Origin: Escherichia virus TH34
Sequence record: MT446407.1
Direction: 5' to 3' (one strand)
DNA: 64,000 bases
Shown here in pieces: positions 27,491-37,178 of this stretch. The translations under genes were made by a program, and so were the position numbers. How positions within the stretch are numbered: the stretch's first letter is position 1; each line of letters opens with the position of its first letter. The notes under the pieces were generated by a model. That model did no database searches and was not told where the DNA came from. It was given only the letters and a program-made list of their open reading frames with translations.

Positions 27491-28708
27491 ATGTTCCCTG
27501 TAACACTTCAAAGCTGGAAAGAATCAGAAGACGTTGTAACCGTCTGGCCCCCTTGTTATGGTTTCCTGAAAGCAGGTTACTATCAGGGTGGTGATTATGA
27601 CGAAGATGAAGATGGTGATCCTGATTACTATAATACATACGATAGTAATTTCGGCTGGAATATCCGCATCAAGGTGTGGAGTGGAAATATGATGGTTCGT
27701 CAAGGCACTGCTGAAGAGAACGTTCTTGAGAATATGTTGCCTATGTCTGAAATCAAGTATATCTGGAACTCCGGAACACATCTTCCAGCTCACGGTGTAA
27801 GACGTTATGGTGATACTGAATATATCGCTACTCAGTATTTCCGTGAAGGGTTAGAAAATGAAGACCCTCGTCCTCCTTCTCATGTGGAAACATGGGCAGA
27901 AGAAAACAACCGTCCTGATATCACTGATCGTGTTGTTATGGAAACCTTTGCAGCATTCATGGATAAAGACCTTGACTCATGTCTGGTATGGCATGAAGTA
28001 GGGTTCATGGGTGTTTGTACTGATGGCTGTCCCGCTGATCGTGCTCTGTTCTATCTGATGTTGAATCGCACATTCTATACAGATGATGAAAAATCTGCTG
28101 TGTATGAAATGTTGAACAAGATGTATAAGAAGGGCTGGTCTCCTTTAGCCTCTCTTGCATTCAGCCGACTGATCAACTCTTCAGTGGATGTGTTCGGTAA
28201 CGAACGTGTTGCTTTAACAGGGAATGATTACGATTCCTGTATCTTCCAAGCATCTCTGTATACAGTGGGTGTTGGTAGTACGATGATTGAGCCTCGCCAG
28301 ACCAAATGGCGACAGTGTGAATACACTGAAGGTGAAGGTCATCTTCGTGATGAAGACTTCTCCAGTCTGATCTATCGCGGTGAAGGTGTTCGTGATTGTC
28401 GAGTGAACAACTCGATGTTCTTGCCAATCCTTTTGCCTCAATATTGCCATCTGTCGGAAGATACCCGCCCAATCATCACAGAAAAGTCACTCTTGGTTGA
28501 ATTTATCCGAGAGGTGGCTGAATCTGAAACATCTTTTGCTAAAATTGTGTTCGGTTATAACTGGAACAATGAAACAGCTTCAGCTCGAAGCTACAACATG
28601 TATAACATTATCAGTAGTATGTCCAATGGACTGACAGGTAGTAATTATACAGTACGTCCCTCAGAAGAGTGGGAAAACATTTTGGAAAAATTATTCTTCA
28701 ATAAATAG
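27491..28708 (+). CDS. hypothetical protein (cluster member, unknown function)
   Basis: 405-aa ORF with an acidic N-terminal patch; tightly packed with downstream cluster genes. Confidence 0.55.
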   Translation: MFPVTLQSWKESEDVVTVWPPCYGFLKAGYYQGGDYDEDEDGDPDYYNTYDSNFGWNIRIKVWSGNMMVRQGTAEENVLENMLPMSEIKYIWNSGTHLPAHGVRRYGDTEYIATQYFREGLENEDPRPPSHVETWAEENNRPDITDRVVMETFAAFMDKDLDSCLVWHEVGFMGVCTDGCPADRALFYLMLNRTFYTDDEKSAVYEMLNKMYKKGWSPLASLAFSRLINSSVDVFGNERVALTGNDYDSCIFQASLYTVGVGSTMIEPRQTKWRQCEYTEGEGHLRDEDFSSLIYRGEGVRDCRVNNSMFLPILLPQYCHLSEDTRPIITEKSLLVEFIREVAESETSFAKIVFGYNWNNETASARSYNMYNIISSMSNGLTGSNYTVRPSEEWENILEKLFFNK

Positions 28709-28716
28709 AGGCGAAT

Positions 28717-29667
28717 ATGTCAATCTCCGCATCGACTGCTCCGGTAACACCAGCAGAGAACTTTGGTGAGTCAGTGTTCAGAGGGCGAGCTTGTTTTGGT
28801 ACTTTCAACTGTCAGCATATGTATTCTGTTACAGACATTAATGGCGACAGTATCAATCTCTCAAGCCTTCGTGATAGAACTTCAGAAATTGGAGTTATTA
28901 ACTTCTGGCCTCACAATTTTTATGGCGTACCAGCTAAAGATATCGAAAGAGCTTTAGTTGAAGCAACAGACATTTTTAACTCAATGTCTTGCTATAAAAA
29001 CATGTTCTCTGTCACTTCGGTGAACTCAGTTGCCGTGAACCTTCGAGACCACCCAGCAGACAAGGTGTTTACTGGATTAATGACCCTCCGGAGTTATCTG
29101 GATGGGGATTTTATGGGAATGGAGTTCCTTCAGGAAGGCGTTCAAGACAAGGAAGAGTTGCTCAAGCGACAACGAATCGGCTTAGCTTTACGCTTGGCTG
29201 GTTTAAGTCGTAACTTCTTTGGTCGTTGGGATTATTCACATGATGTGGATACTGATGATGAATCAGCAGCGACCTATTTTACCGGTGAAATGAGTGCAAT
29301 CGCATTCTTGCCACTGGTCTGTTCAACTGATGAATTTTCTGAAAACGTATGGGTTCAGAATGTATTTGGTGTTGACGATAACAGAGATGGTTATGTACGA
29401 AACCATAATGACGGAGTTCTCCGCCGTATGGCTCGTCGTCGTGACCAAGACCCTGACTATTACGAGAGTATGAGTGAGTGGTTGCGTCTCTGGTCAATGT
29501 GTGCAGGCCATAAACGTGAAGTATTAGATCAGCGTATGGACAGAATTACTGTTCACAGTTTTATTGAACGCTTGATGCAAGCAGTACCTTCCTCAATGAC
29601 ACCAGAAGAAGCTGGTGCCCGTGTTGTTTCCCTTTTTGATGAACTTGTGGAGTATTACAATGACTAA
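28717..29667 (+). CDS. hypothetical protein (cluster member, unknown function)
   Basis: 316-aa ORF; overlaps the next start by 8 nt. Confidence 0.55.
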   Translation: MSISASTAPVTPAENFGESVFRGRACFGTFNCQHMYSVTDINGDSINLSSLRDRTSEIGVINFWPHNFYGVPAKDIERALVEATDIFNSMSCYKNMFSVTSVNSVAVNLRDHPADKVFTGLMTLRSYLDGDFMGMEFLQEGVQDKEELLKRQRIGLALRLAGLSRNFFGRWDYSHDVDTDDESAATYFTGEMSAIAFLPLVCSTDEFSENVWVQNVFGVDDNRDGYVRNHNDGVLRRMARRRDQDPDYYESMSEWLRLWSMCAGHKREVLDQRMDRITVHSFIERLMQAVPSSMTPEEAGARVVSLFDELVEYYND

Positions 29668-30466
29668 GCGTGCTTTCCTTATTGGTTCTGACCCTGAAAT
29701 GTTTGTTCGTACTGCTTCTGGTGTTATCACCTCTGTGGCTGGTAAGCTGGGCTGTTCTAAAGATAACAAAATCGATCTGGCCCCTGATGTTCGTCTTCAA
29801 GAAGACAACGTTCTGGCTGAATTTGATATTAACCCACAGAAAGGGTTCGAAGCGTTTGATGATAACATCCAGCGTGGTATTGATCTGACCAACAAAGTTC
29901 TTAATGAACGTGGTATGGAAGCTGCACTTGGGATTAGTTCTCATGTGTACACTTCTGAAGAGCTGCAATCATTCCATCCATCAGCCTTTGTGTTTGGCTG
30001 TACTCCTGATTTCAACGCCTTCACTGGTCAGAAAAACCCATCTCCGGTAGCGACAGACAAAGGTCTGCGTACTGCTGGCGGTCACGTACACCTCGGTGTT
30101 GCAGGGTCTTTGGAAGTAACTCGACAGACTCAGATGATGCTGGGTGTTCTCTGTGATTACTTCCTGTCACTTCCAGCAGTAATTATGGATAAGGACACTC
30201 GTCGTAAAGAGCTTTACGGCAAGGCATCTGCTATTCGTTATAAAGATTATGGTATTGAATACCGTTCTCTGTCGAACTTCTGGATTGGTGAACAGTCCAC
30301 TCGTAAGTTTGTTTACGATCAAGTTGATAAGGTTATTCAGGGCTGTGATATGGAAATTCTCATGTCTCTGCACTCCCGTCTGCCTATCGAAAAGCTTCAC
30401 AACATCATCAATAGCAATGATGTTAAAGAAGCGGATAAGTTCTCCTCTAAACTCCAGATTATCTAA
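29660..30466 (+). CDS. amidoligase-like protein (glutamine-synthetase-like COOH-NH2 ligase fold), paralog 1
   Basis: about 268 aa from ATG 29660; acidic motifs GSDPEMF and EFDINP, GGHVHLG (H-x-H) and GIEYRSL, the last two echoed in ORF 31099 (STHVHMD, VEFRIS). Confidence 0.4.
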   Translation: MTKRAFLIGSDPEMFVRTASGVITSVAGKLGCSKDNKIDLAPDVRLQEDNVLAEFDINPQKGFEAFDDNIQRGIDLTNKVLNERGMEAALGISSHVYTSEELQSFHPSAFVFGCTPDFNAFTGQKNPSPVATDKGLRTAGGHVHLGVAGSLEVTRQTQMMLGVLCDYFLSLPAVIMDKDTRRKELYGKASAIRYKDYGIEYRSLSNFWIGEQSTRKFVYDQVDKVIQGCDMEILMSLHSRLPIEKLHNIINSNDVKEADKFSSKLQII

Positions 30467-30475
30467 GGTGTTATC

Positions 30476-31102
30476 GTGAGCCTGTTAAGAGATTTTCAGC
30501 ATTATTATTGCGGAACATGGATTGCCCAACGTGCAGAACGAGGGATTAATTTACCTCTTTATGTACTCAACGTGAACCAAGCAAACCGCTTTGGAGAAGA
30601 TGACTTCTCTCACGAAGCAGAAATGGCCTTAACTTTTGAAGTTGAACGCTGGTCTAAGAACGCCGAAGGGCAGTTTGAACGACAGGTTGTTCAGGGCATT
30701 CCTGTGTTTGATCAAAGCCTTATTCTGGAATCTCCAGATGTGGGATACTTACAACACGGCAACAACATGGTAAGCTGGACTCATATCAACCCTGTTCGTC
30801 AGCGAGCTAAGGGTCTGATGGGGAACAAATTACGTGGTGCACCTCCTTCAATGGGTCGTTCGATTCCGGGAGAGCTGGTGTATAATCTGTTTAATCCTGA
30901 CTTCGAAGGTCTGGTTACTCGCTTCATCTACATCAACCCTGTCGATGGTAAAGTTTATTACAAAGGGGCACTTGTAGGTCAAGTTGATCTTTCTGCTGGT
31001 TACGGCGACAATGGTCGTCAATCTTTAAATCTTCTGGAGAAGTTCAAGCATATTTCTTCAGATCTGTCATCATATAATGTAGAGTTGGTGGAAACGTTAT
31101 GA
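30476..31102 (+). CDS. hypothetical protein (cluster member)
   Basis: 208-aa ORF; stop overlaps the next start. Confidence 0.5.
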   Translation: MSLLRDFQHYYCGTWIAQRAERGINLPLYVLNVNQANRFGEDDFSHEAEMALTFEVERWSKNAEGQFERQVVQGIPVFDQSLILESPDVGYLQHGNNMVSWTHINPVRQRAKGLMGNKLRGAPPSMGRSIPGELVYNLFNPDFEGLVTRFIYINPVDGKVYYKGALVGQVDLSAGYGDNGRQSLNLLEKFKHISSDLSSYNVELVETL

Positions 31103-32199
31103 CAACCGTAGCACAAGTTTTTGGATACCGTAATGCTCGTCTGGCTGAGCCGCACCCAAGCATCGCTTTTCAGTGTGGTATTGGCATCGAGCTGGAAGTT
31201 GAAGGAACCTCTGAAATTGATGCAGACCTTTGGGTTTGTACTGAAGATGGTTCACTTCGTGATGGCTGTGAGATGGTTTGTGCACGGCCTTACAACGGTG
31301 TAGAATTGCTTAGTGCTATTAACAATCTGAGTGAAGCAGTACAAGACTCTGAAGCTGAAGGGACTTGGCGCTGCTCTACTCACGTTCATATGGATATGCG
31401 TGACGCTGATAGTAACATCCTGAAGAAAGTAATTCTTGGATGGACGTTCTATGAAAAGATGATGTTCAAATGTTCTGGATACCATCGCTATCGTAGCAAC
31501 TTCTGTCCTGCCTTTGCTGTTGTTCAAGCACAGGTAATGAATGCTTCCGCAGCGTTCAACCGAGATGGTGAAGCCTTCTTCAATACTCTTGTTAATAGCT
31601 GGGACAAGTACACCTCCCTTAACCTATTACCTCTGGCTCAGTTTGGTTCTGTTGAATTTCGTATCTCAGAGCCAAAGTGGAAGAAAAGCCAACTCCTTAA
31701 TCTGGTCAACCGCTTCTTAGTTCTCAAGAAACTGGCTGTTGAGTATGCAGATTTGGATAATGAAGCATATGTTGAGAAACTGAATGAGCTACGCTTCGCT
31801 CCTATGATTCAGTATCTGCCTCTGGACTACACACCTAATGATGATGACCTGACTGGTGGTTATCGTTTGGCTCGTGATATTCTGTTCTGTCGTGAACATT
31901 CTGTTACTCTGGTTGGTCGTGTTCGTGTACAGCAGACCGGACCTGATGGTGAAATCCTTATCAACTTGCGTGATATGGGTGACTTCTACGGTTTCTTGGG
32001 ATATGTACGTGGTAATGCCAACTCTATTTATGAAGAGATCATGACCTATTACACCCCTCAGATTGAAAACACTCGAATCGCAACGGTTCGTGAAATTCGT
32101 CACATGTTTGCTCTGATGCGTGAATCAGGTAGCAGTGATGATAACGTCACTGGTTACATTCCAGACCATCTGGAAATGCAATTAGAACGACTGCTGTAA
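31099..32199 (+). CDS. amidoligase-like protein, paralog 2
   Basis: 366 aa; GIGIELEVEG (E-x-E), EDGSLRDGCEMV, STHVHMD, VEFRISEP motifs consistent with glutamine-synthetase-like amidoligases. Confidence 0.5.
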   Translation: MTTVAQVFGYRNARLAEPHPSIAFQCGIGIELEVEGTSEIDADLWVCTEDGSLRDGCEMVCARPYNGVELLSAINNLSEAVQDSEAEGTWRCSTHVHMDMRDADSNILKKVILGWTFYEKMMFKCSGYHRYRSNFCPAFAVVQAQVMNASAAFNRDGEAFFNTLVNSWDKYTSLNLLPLAQFGSVEFRISEPKWKKSQLLNLVNRFLVLKKLAVEYADLDNEAYVEKLNELRFAPMIQYLPLDYTPNDDDLTGGYRLARDILFCREHSVTLVGRVRVQQTGPDGEILINLRDMGDFYGFLGYVRGNANSIYEEIMTYYTPQIENTRIATVREIRHMFALMRESGSSDDNVTGYIPDHLEMQLERLL

Positions 32200-32276
32200 C
32201 ACAATGGGCGCTCTGATAAAGGGCGCATTTAAAGGTTAATTAGATGAAAGGGTTTACCCTTCAGGTGGATTAGAAA

Positions 32277-34310
32277 ATTTGTGGTATCGTATTAGCTGGG
32301 GGCAACATGACCTCCACAGACTTAGACGTATTCAACCAGCTTCTGTATGCTGGAGTCTTCCGTGGTCAGCACTCAACTGGTGTGTTCGGTCAGCGTAAAG
32401 GTGATGAAAAAGTATTTTCTTATAAAGAAGCACTTCCTTCCTATGCCTTCATGCTCCAGACAGGGTACACGAATCTTACTAAGGGGCTTACGAACTATGT
32501 AGTTCCTCCATCGTGGATTGTTGGTCATAGCCGACATGCCACACGTGGTGCGGTCAATGCTCGAAATGCTCACCCATTCTCTCATGGTGACATTACTCTG
32601 GTTCATAATGGTACACTGTTAGATCAGGAACTGTTACCAGATCATAAGAATTTCGAAGTTGATAGCGAAAACATCTGTCATTCAATCAACACCATCGGTG
32701 CAGCAGAGACTATCCAGAAGTTGGATGGTGCGTTCACTTTAATCTGGCATGACGCCAAAGACAATACTCTGCATATCATTCGTAACGATGAACGTCCTTT
32801 CCATCTGGCCCGTTGTGGTCTAGATTGGTTTGGTGCTTCTGAAGAAGATATGTTGATGTGGATTCTTAATCGTTCCAAGTCACACAAGAACCGTATCAAT
32901 GATCACTTTGAGTGTAAAGTGGGAACTGAATACATCTTTGATTTGTCTGGCAACCGTATGACTCTGACTCAAGAGGTGGAGCACAAGCTTCCGGTTTTTA
33001 CGGTAACGAGTCGCTGGGGCGGCTATTACTCGAACTCTTCTCTGTATCAGAACCAACAGACAAACAAATCAAGCAGCAGCACAAGCGACATTTACGGAAA
33101 CAAAGACGACAAGCCCGGCGTGACAAGCGGAGACATTCGTCGTCGTAAAGCGATTGAAGATCAGAATAAACTGGCTGCCGATCGTGGTCTTCCGTATCGT
33201 CGTGACGGTCGTGTGGATATCATTCCTCATGAGTTCCACGCTTATAACAACACTGACCGTGGTAAGATGGTTGGTTATATTTATGATGATGCTGCTCAAG
33301 AGTATGTTGAGGGTGATGTTCATAATGTAGCCAAGAGTGAATACTTGAAGGCTCTCGAAAACCCAAAGGTAGTGTATCGCGGGACAGTTGCTTGTATCTC
33401 CGAAGTGGACAGTATGATTCGCCTCGTACTCACTTCAGGGCTGTTTGTTGATGCTACCGATAAGGAGCCTCAAAGCACTACCGCTGATTTTGATGATGAT
33501 ATCCCTTTTGATTTAGAAGACTCCTTCATCACTAAGAATGGTGTGGAAGTCACCCGTAAGTTCTGGGAATCACATTCTCATGGTGATTGTGGCGGTTGTG
33601 ACAAGCATATTGAATGGAAAGATGCTAAGAAAGCTGTGTTCGCTTACCAAGCATATTGGCATCCGGCCTGTTTCGAAGCATTGTCCAAACCGTCTGAAGA
33701 AGATGAAGACATTCCTTTGGGTGTCTGTGCTGTATGTGGCAATGTTAAAACTGATTTCGAGTTTGATAACGAAATGAGTAAACTTCGTGGTGAAGATATT
33801 TGTTATGTCTGTGCCAAAGAGATCAAAGACAAAGTGACTAACACTACATTGTCTGAAGGTTACATTTGGACTAAAGCAGTTGACACAACCAACCCACGTC
33901 GCCCTGAAGTAGCAGTTCGTGTTGATCAGCGTATGCTTAGCCGGATGATTGTAATGGTCAGCTCAGCTAAACGTTCTGGTGACATTGAATTGTCTGATGT
34001 TCCAAATTCTTATTTGGAAAAACGTGGTGGTGATACCTATGCCATCTCTGTTTATGGTCCAAAGAATGCCCCAAAGGAGGTGCCCGCTGAGAAAGCGGAA
34101 ACATTTCCAGAAAAGCAAACAACTCTCCGAAAAACAGTTGTCAGTTACGACGGACAACGAACAGCTGAGTTCACAAAAGCCCTCTGGACTTCAATTGGGT
34201 TTTGTGCGGTCTGTTATAAACAAATTCCGTGGCGTGATGCAGAAATTTGCTCACTGAACAAAGAAAACAGGGTGATCTGTAATTCAGATTACTGTAAAGG
34301 TAAACATTAA
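32277..34310 (+). CDS. class-II glutamine amidotransferase (Ntn-hydrolase)-like protein with C-terminal zinc-ribbon region
   Basis: GAT-II motifs RGQHSTG, LVHNGTL, DGAFTLIWHD, IRNDERPFHL; the canonical N-terminal C-G-I-V is encoded at 32280 just upstream of the first ATG (32307), preceded by ATT (32277) and SD AGGTGG (32263-32268); C-terminal half has several C-x2-C pairs. Confidence 0.7.
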   Translation: MCGIVLAGGNMTSTDLDVFNQLLYAGVFRGQHSTGVFGQRKGDEKVFSYKEALPSYAFMLQTGYTNLTKGLTNYVVPPSWIVGHSRHATRGAVNARNAHPFSHGDITLVHNGTLLDQELLPDHKNFEVDSENICHSINTIGAAETIQKLDGAFTLIWHDAKDNTLHIIRNDERPFHLARCGLDWFGASEEDMLMWILNRSKSHKNRINDHFECKVGTEYIFDLSGNRMTLTQEVEHKLPVFTVTSRWGGYYSNSSLYQNQQTNKSSSSTSDIYGNKDDKPGVTSGDIRRRKAIEDQNKLAADRGLPYRRDGRVDIIPHEFHAYNNTDRGKMVGYIYDDAAQEYVEGDVHNVAKSEYLKALENPKVVYRGTVACISEVDSMIRLVLTSGLFVDATDKEPQSTTADFDDDIPFDLEDSFITKNGVEVTRKFWESHSHGDCGGCDKHIEWKDAKKAVFAYQAYWHPACFEALSKPSEEDEDIPLGVCAVCGNVKTDFEFDNEMSKLRGEDICYVCAKEIKDKVTNTTLSEGYIWTKAVDTTNPRRPEVAVRVDQRMLSRMIVMVSSAKRSGDIELSDVPNSYLEKRGGDTYAISVYGPKNAPKEVPAEKAETFPEKQTTLRKTVVSYDGQRTAEFTKALWTSIGFCAVCYKQIPWRDAEICSLNKENRVICNSDYCKGKH

Positions 34311-34321
34311 GAGGTGAAGTT

Positions 34322-34555
34322 ATGGAAGTTCGTAAATTGATGTTGGATAACGTTGTAACCACTCGACGTATCCCAATGACAAGCACAGGATGTGATAACC
34401 TTCGAGCTATTCAGAAATGGATGCAAGAAGGTATTGGGGGACTGGTTAACTCTCCAGTTGAAATCCCTTTCCCAACCGTTATCAATAACGTGTTGGCTGA
34501 CTATGTGAAATTGAAGGGGATTAAAGTTGAGCCTCATGTCAAGCAAGGGAGCTAA
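34322..34555 (+). CDS. hypothetical small protein
   Basis: 77-aa ORF with RBS gaggtgaag. Confidence 0.4.
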   Translation: MEVRKLMLDNVVTTRRIPMTSTGCDNLRAIQKWMQEGIGGLVNSPVEIPFPTVINNVLADYVKLKGIKVEPHVKQGS

Positions 34556-34757
34556 GCCTCACCTGACAATGCTGGAGTATCAACAACTCCGACTTCAACA
34601 ACTGGTAACGGAGCAGCGAAAGCTGTATCCGTTTGCTTTTAACCTAATTGATTCACCAAGCGATGACCAAGAAGACGAGATGTTCTCCAAGTATTGGGAA
34701 ATCGAAGTTAAAATTCAATCCTGTCGTAACGAAATTCTTAAACTAAAAGGTATCTAA
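34527..34757 (+). CDS. hypothetical small protein (start uncertain)
   Basis: 76-aa ORF overlapping the previous one; alternative start near 34569. Confidence 0.3.
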   Translation: MSLMSSKGAKPHLTMLEYQQLRLQQLVTEQRKLYPFAFNLIDSPSDDQEDEMFSKYWEIEVKIQSCRNEILKLKGI

Positions 34758-34759
34758 AA

Positions 34760-36007
34760 ATGACTACTCGTATCCGTGTTCTTCCGTATGGCCCTTCTGA
34801 TTCTGTTAACGCTCTGGTAACTGCCATTAGTGATACTATCCGTGATGAACGTATCAACGCTAACGTAATGGGTCTTCTTTCTGAGAACAGTCGCTGGCGT
34901 TCTCGTGAGGGTGATGTGGTTGTGAACTACGGGAACCGCCGCTATCCTGAATCCTTCTTTGGTTCTGCAACTGTTCTTAACCGTACCGCAGCCTTACACA
35001 TGGCAGCGAACAAACGTCGTGCTTTCAGCGTGATGGACCAAGCAGGTGTTAAAACTGTTGAGTATACAGATGTTCAAGAGATTGCTCAGGAGTGGTCAAA
35101 CTCTGGCAACATTGTGTATGAACGTCATGAACTGACTGGTCACTCTGGTTCGGGTATTATTGTTGTTGAGCCTCGTGATTCAGTTGGTCAAGCTGAACTG
35201 TACACCAAAGGTATTCAAGGCCCACGTCGTGAATGGCGTGTCCATGTGTTCAAAGGTGCAATCACCTATGTTCAGAAGAAAATTCGTCGTAATGGTTATC
35301 GTGAAGACCCTAACTATCGTGAAGATGTTCGTAACCATCACACTGGTTGGGTTTACTCAAGCTCTTTTACGGATGTTCCGAACGATGCATCTCTGATCAA
35401 CGCAGTGAAGGCCGTTGAATCGATGGGTCTGGATTTTGGTGCAGTTGATATCATTACTAAAGGTCGAGAAGCATGGGTACTGGAAGTTAATACAGCACCG
35501 GGCCTGACTGGTACAACTCTGGATACCTACCGTCACAACATCCTTGAGTTTGTTAAAGCTCAAAACCCTCTCTATACTCCTCAGTATAAAGTGGTTTACC
35601 AGACTCCTGTTGAAGCTCCAATTGAAGATGGAGATGGTGAATTGGTTGCTGACAGTGAAAGTGCTGATGATGAAAACTTCGCACTGGAAGGCCAAGTCGC
35701 ACAGCCGGTTGATTCAGTGGATGTAGTTCCTGAAGAAATGCAACTGGAAGGTCAGATGAATACTCAGACAATCCGTAATGCACCTACTGGTTATGTGTTG
35801 TCTCGTGGTTACTGGATTGCAGATATTCGTCATGTTCATAACAACCTGCAACCTAATGCAATGTCTGCCAATGTCATTCTGTTCTGCGATGGTCGTAACT
35901 TCTACCGCAGTGGCTGGAACGTTCCGGTTCATCCGCAACAAGTCCACAACCCTCGTAAGTTAGAGTCTGTAACTGTTGAAGGTAGTGAAGTGGCAGTAAC
36001 TCTGTAA
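34760..36007 (+). CDS. ATP-grasp superfamily ligase
   Basis: 415 aa; GHSGSGIIVVEP (Gly-rich loop), EWRVHVFKG, DFGAVDIITKGREAWVLEVNTAPGLTG motifs typical of RimK/glutathione-synthetase-like ATP-grasp enzymes. Confidence 0.7.
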   Translation: MTTRIRVLPYGPSDSVNALVTAISDTIRDERINANVMGLLSENSRWRSREGDVVVNYGNRRYPESFFGSATVLNRTAALHMAANKRRAFSVMDQAGVKTVEYTDVQEIAQEWSNSGNIVYERHELTGHSGSGIIVVEPRDSVGQAELYTKGIQGPRREWRVHVFKGAITYVQKKIRRNGYREDPNYREDVRNHHTGWVYSSSFTDVPNDASLINAVKAVESMGLDFGAVDIITKGREAWVLEVNTAPGLTGTTLDTYRHNILEFVKAQNPLYTPQYKVVYQTPVEAPIEDGDGELVADSESADDENFALEGQVAQPVDSVDVVPEEMQLEGQMNTQTIRNAPTGYVLSRGYWIADIRHVHNNLQPNAMSANVILFCDGRNFYRSGWNVPVHPQQVHNPRKLESVTVEGSEVAVTL

Positions 36008-36027
36008 TTAAACAAAAGGAATTTGTA

Positions 36028-36270
36028 ATGTTGTCTATCGAAGATTTGATCAGTCGTGGAATGACCGAACAAAAAGAACCTCTGATTGTTGGTTCTCGTA
36101 AAGCTATTAACCAACTCTGTGAAGAGTTTGGAATCACAAACAAGAGAATGATTGGTAATCAGTTCTCTGCAATTGTCACCTTCCTTAAACGAGGTGATAA
36201 ATATTCAATGGAATGTGTTGAGCGTATCATCGCAATTGCACAAGAAGATAAGGGAGTAACAACTCTGTGA
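36028..36270 (+). CDS. hypothetical small protein
   Basis: 80-aa ORF. Confidence 0.4.
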   Translation: MLSIEDLISRGMTEQKEPLIVGSRKAINQLCEEFGITNKRMIGNQFSAIVTFLKRGDKYSMECVERIIAIAQEDKGVTTL

Positions 36271-36452
36271 ATAAATACACAATCATGTTTCGTACAGTAA
36301 ACTCAGAAGGTAATATTCAATCTCTAGATATTCAAGCAGATCGCTTTGAATCACTTGGAACAAGTGTTAACTTCTTCCGAGGAGTAGAGTTGGTAGGTAC
36401 ATTCCAATCTGACGTGTTGACTGGTGTGATCAAACACTTCGAAGTAGAATAA
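36267..36452 (+). CDS. hypothetical small protein
   Basis: 61-aa ORF. Confidence 0.35.
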   Translation: MNKYTIMFRTVNSEGNIQSLDIQADRFESLGTSVNFFRGVELVGTFQSDVLTGVIKHFEVE

Positions 36453-36517
36453 TTTGCTTTAGCCTCTTCGGAAGAGGGGGCTAGTTCAAATTTAACTGAA
36501 ACACAAAAGGTAATATA

Positions 36518-36949
36518 ATGTCTGATAAAGTATTAGTAGCAACTTACGGCAGCTTGAGAAAAGGTCAACACAACCACGCTATCAATGCTCGTGCCGGTGG
36601 TGTGTCTATTGGTGAGGGTTGGACAGTGAACAACTGTAACCTGTATCAGTATTGCACAGCATACTTCCCAAGTGTGTCTCTGGAGCACGACAGCAATGGC
36701 AAGCCTGTTCGTGTGGAAGTATTTGAAACAACTCAAGCTGGTTTGGAAGGTCCGTATGACGGTCTGGAAGGTTATCGTGGTAAAGACAATCCATACACTT
36801 TCTACAATCGTACACTAATTCCAGTAGTGCTGGATAGTGGTGAAACTGTGGAAGCATGGATTTATCATATCGACGAAGAACAAGATGTTCTGGTTGAATC
36901 TGGCGACTGGACAGCGTATCTGGCAGGTGATCAGGATGACAGTAACTGA
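36518..36949 (+). CDS. gamma-glutamyl cyclotransferase-like (AIG2/GGCT fold) protein
   Basis: 143 aa; N-terminal ATYGSLRKGQHNH (YGSL motif) and downstream DGLEGY with a candidate catalytic Glu. Confidence 0.7.
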   Translation: MSDKVLVATYGSLRKGQHNHAINARAGGVSIGEGWTVNNCNLYQYCTAYFPSVSLEHDSNGKPVRVEVFETTQAGLEGPYDGLEGYRGKDNPYTFYNRTLIPVVLDSGETVEAWIYHIDEEQDVLVESGDWTAYLAGDQDDSN

Positions 36950-37142
36950 GCGACAGAAGCTGAGAAAGCTCGAGTCTGACTACTTAAAGTTACGGTGGAA
37001 GATTAACCGCTATGACAAGTTTGTCAGTATGCTTGACCGCAATAAACATTCTGAAGATTTTATCATGAGAACCCAATCAGCTTTACAGGGTTTTAAAAGT
37101 CTTCAAGATGATGTGTGGGAAGAAATACGTTCGTTTTATTGA
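36936..37142 (+). CDS. hypothetical small protein
   Basis: 68 aa from ATG 36936 with RBS aggtga. Confidence 0.35.
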   Translation: MTVTERQKLRKLESDYLKLRWKINRYDKFVSMLDRNKHSEDFIMRTQSALQGFKSLQDDVWEEIRSFY

Positions 37143-37178
37143 AGAAGTCTGCTCAAGGAATTCCAAGGAGGATAGAGC

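Noticed and set aside
36460-36490. Possible terminator after ORF 36267-36452 (cctcttc-gga-agagggg)
   Set aside because: The hairpin is not followed by a T-tract; too weak to call.
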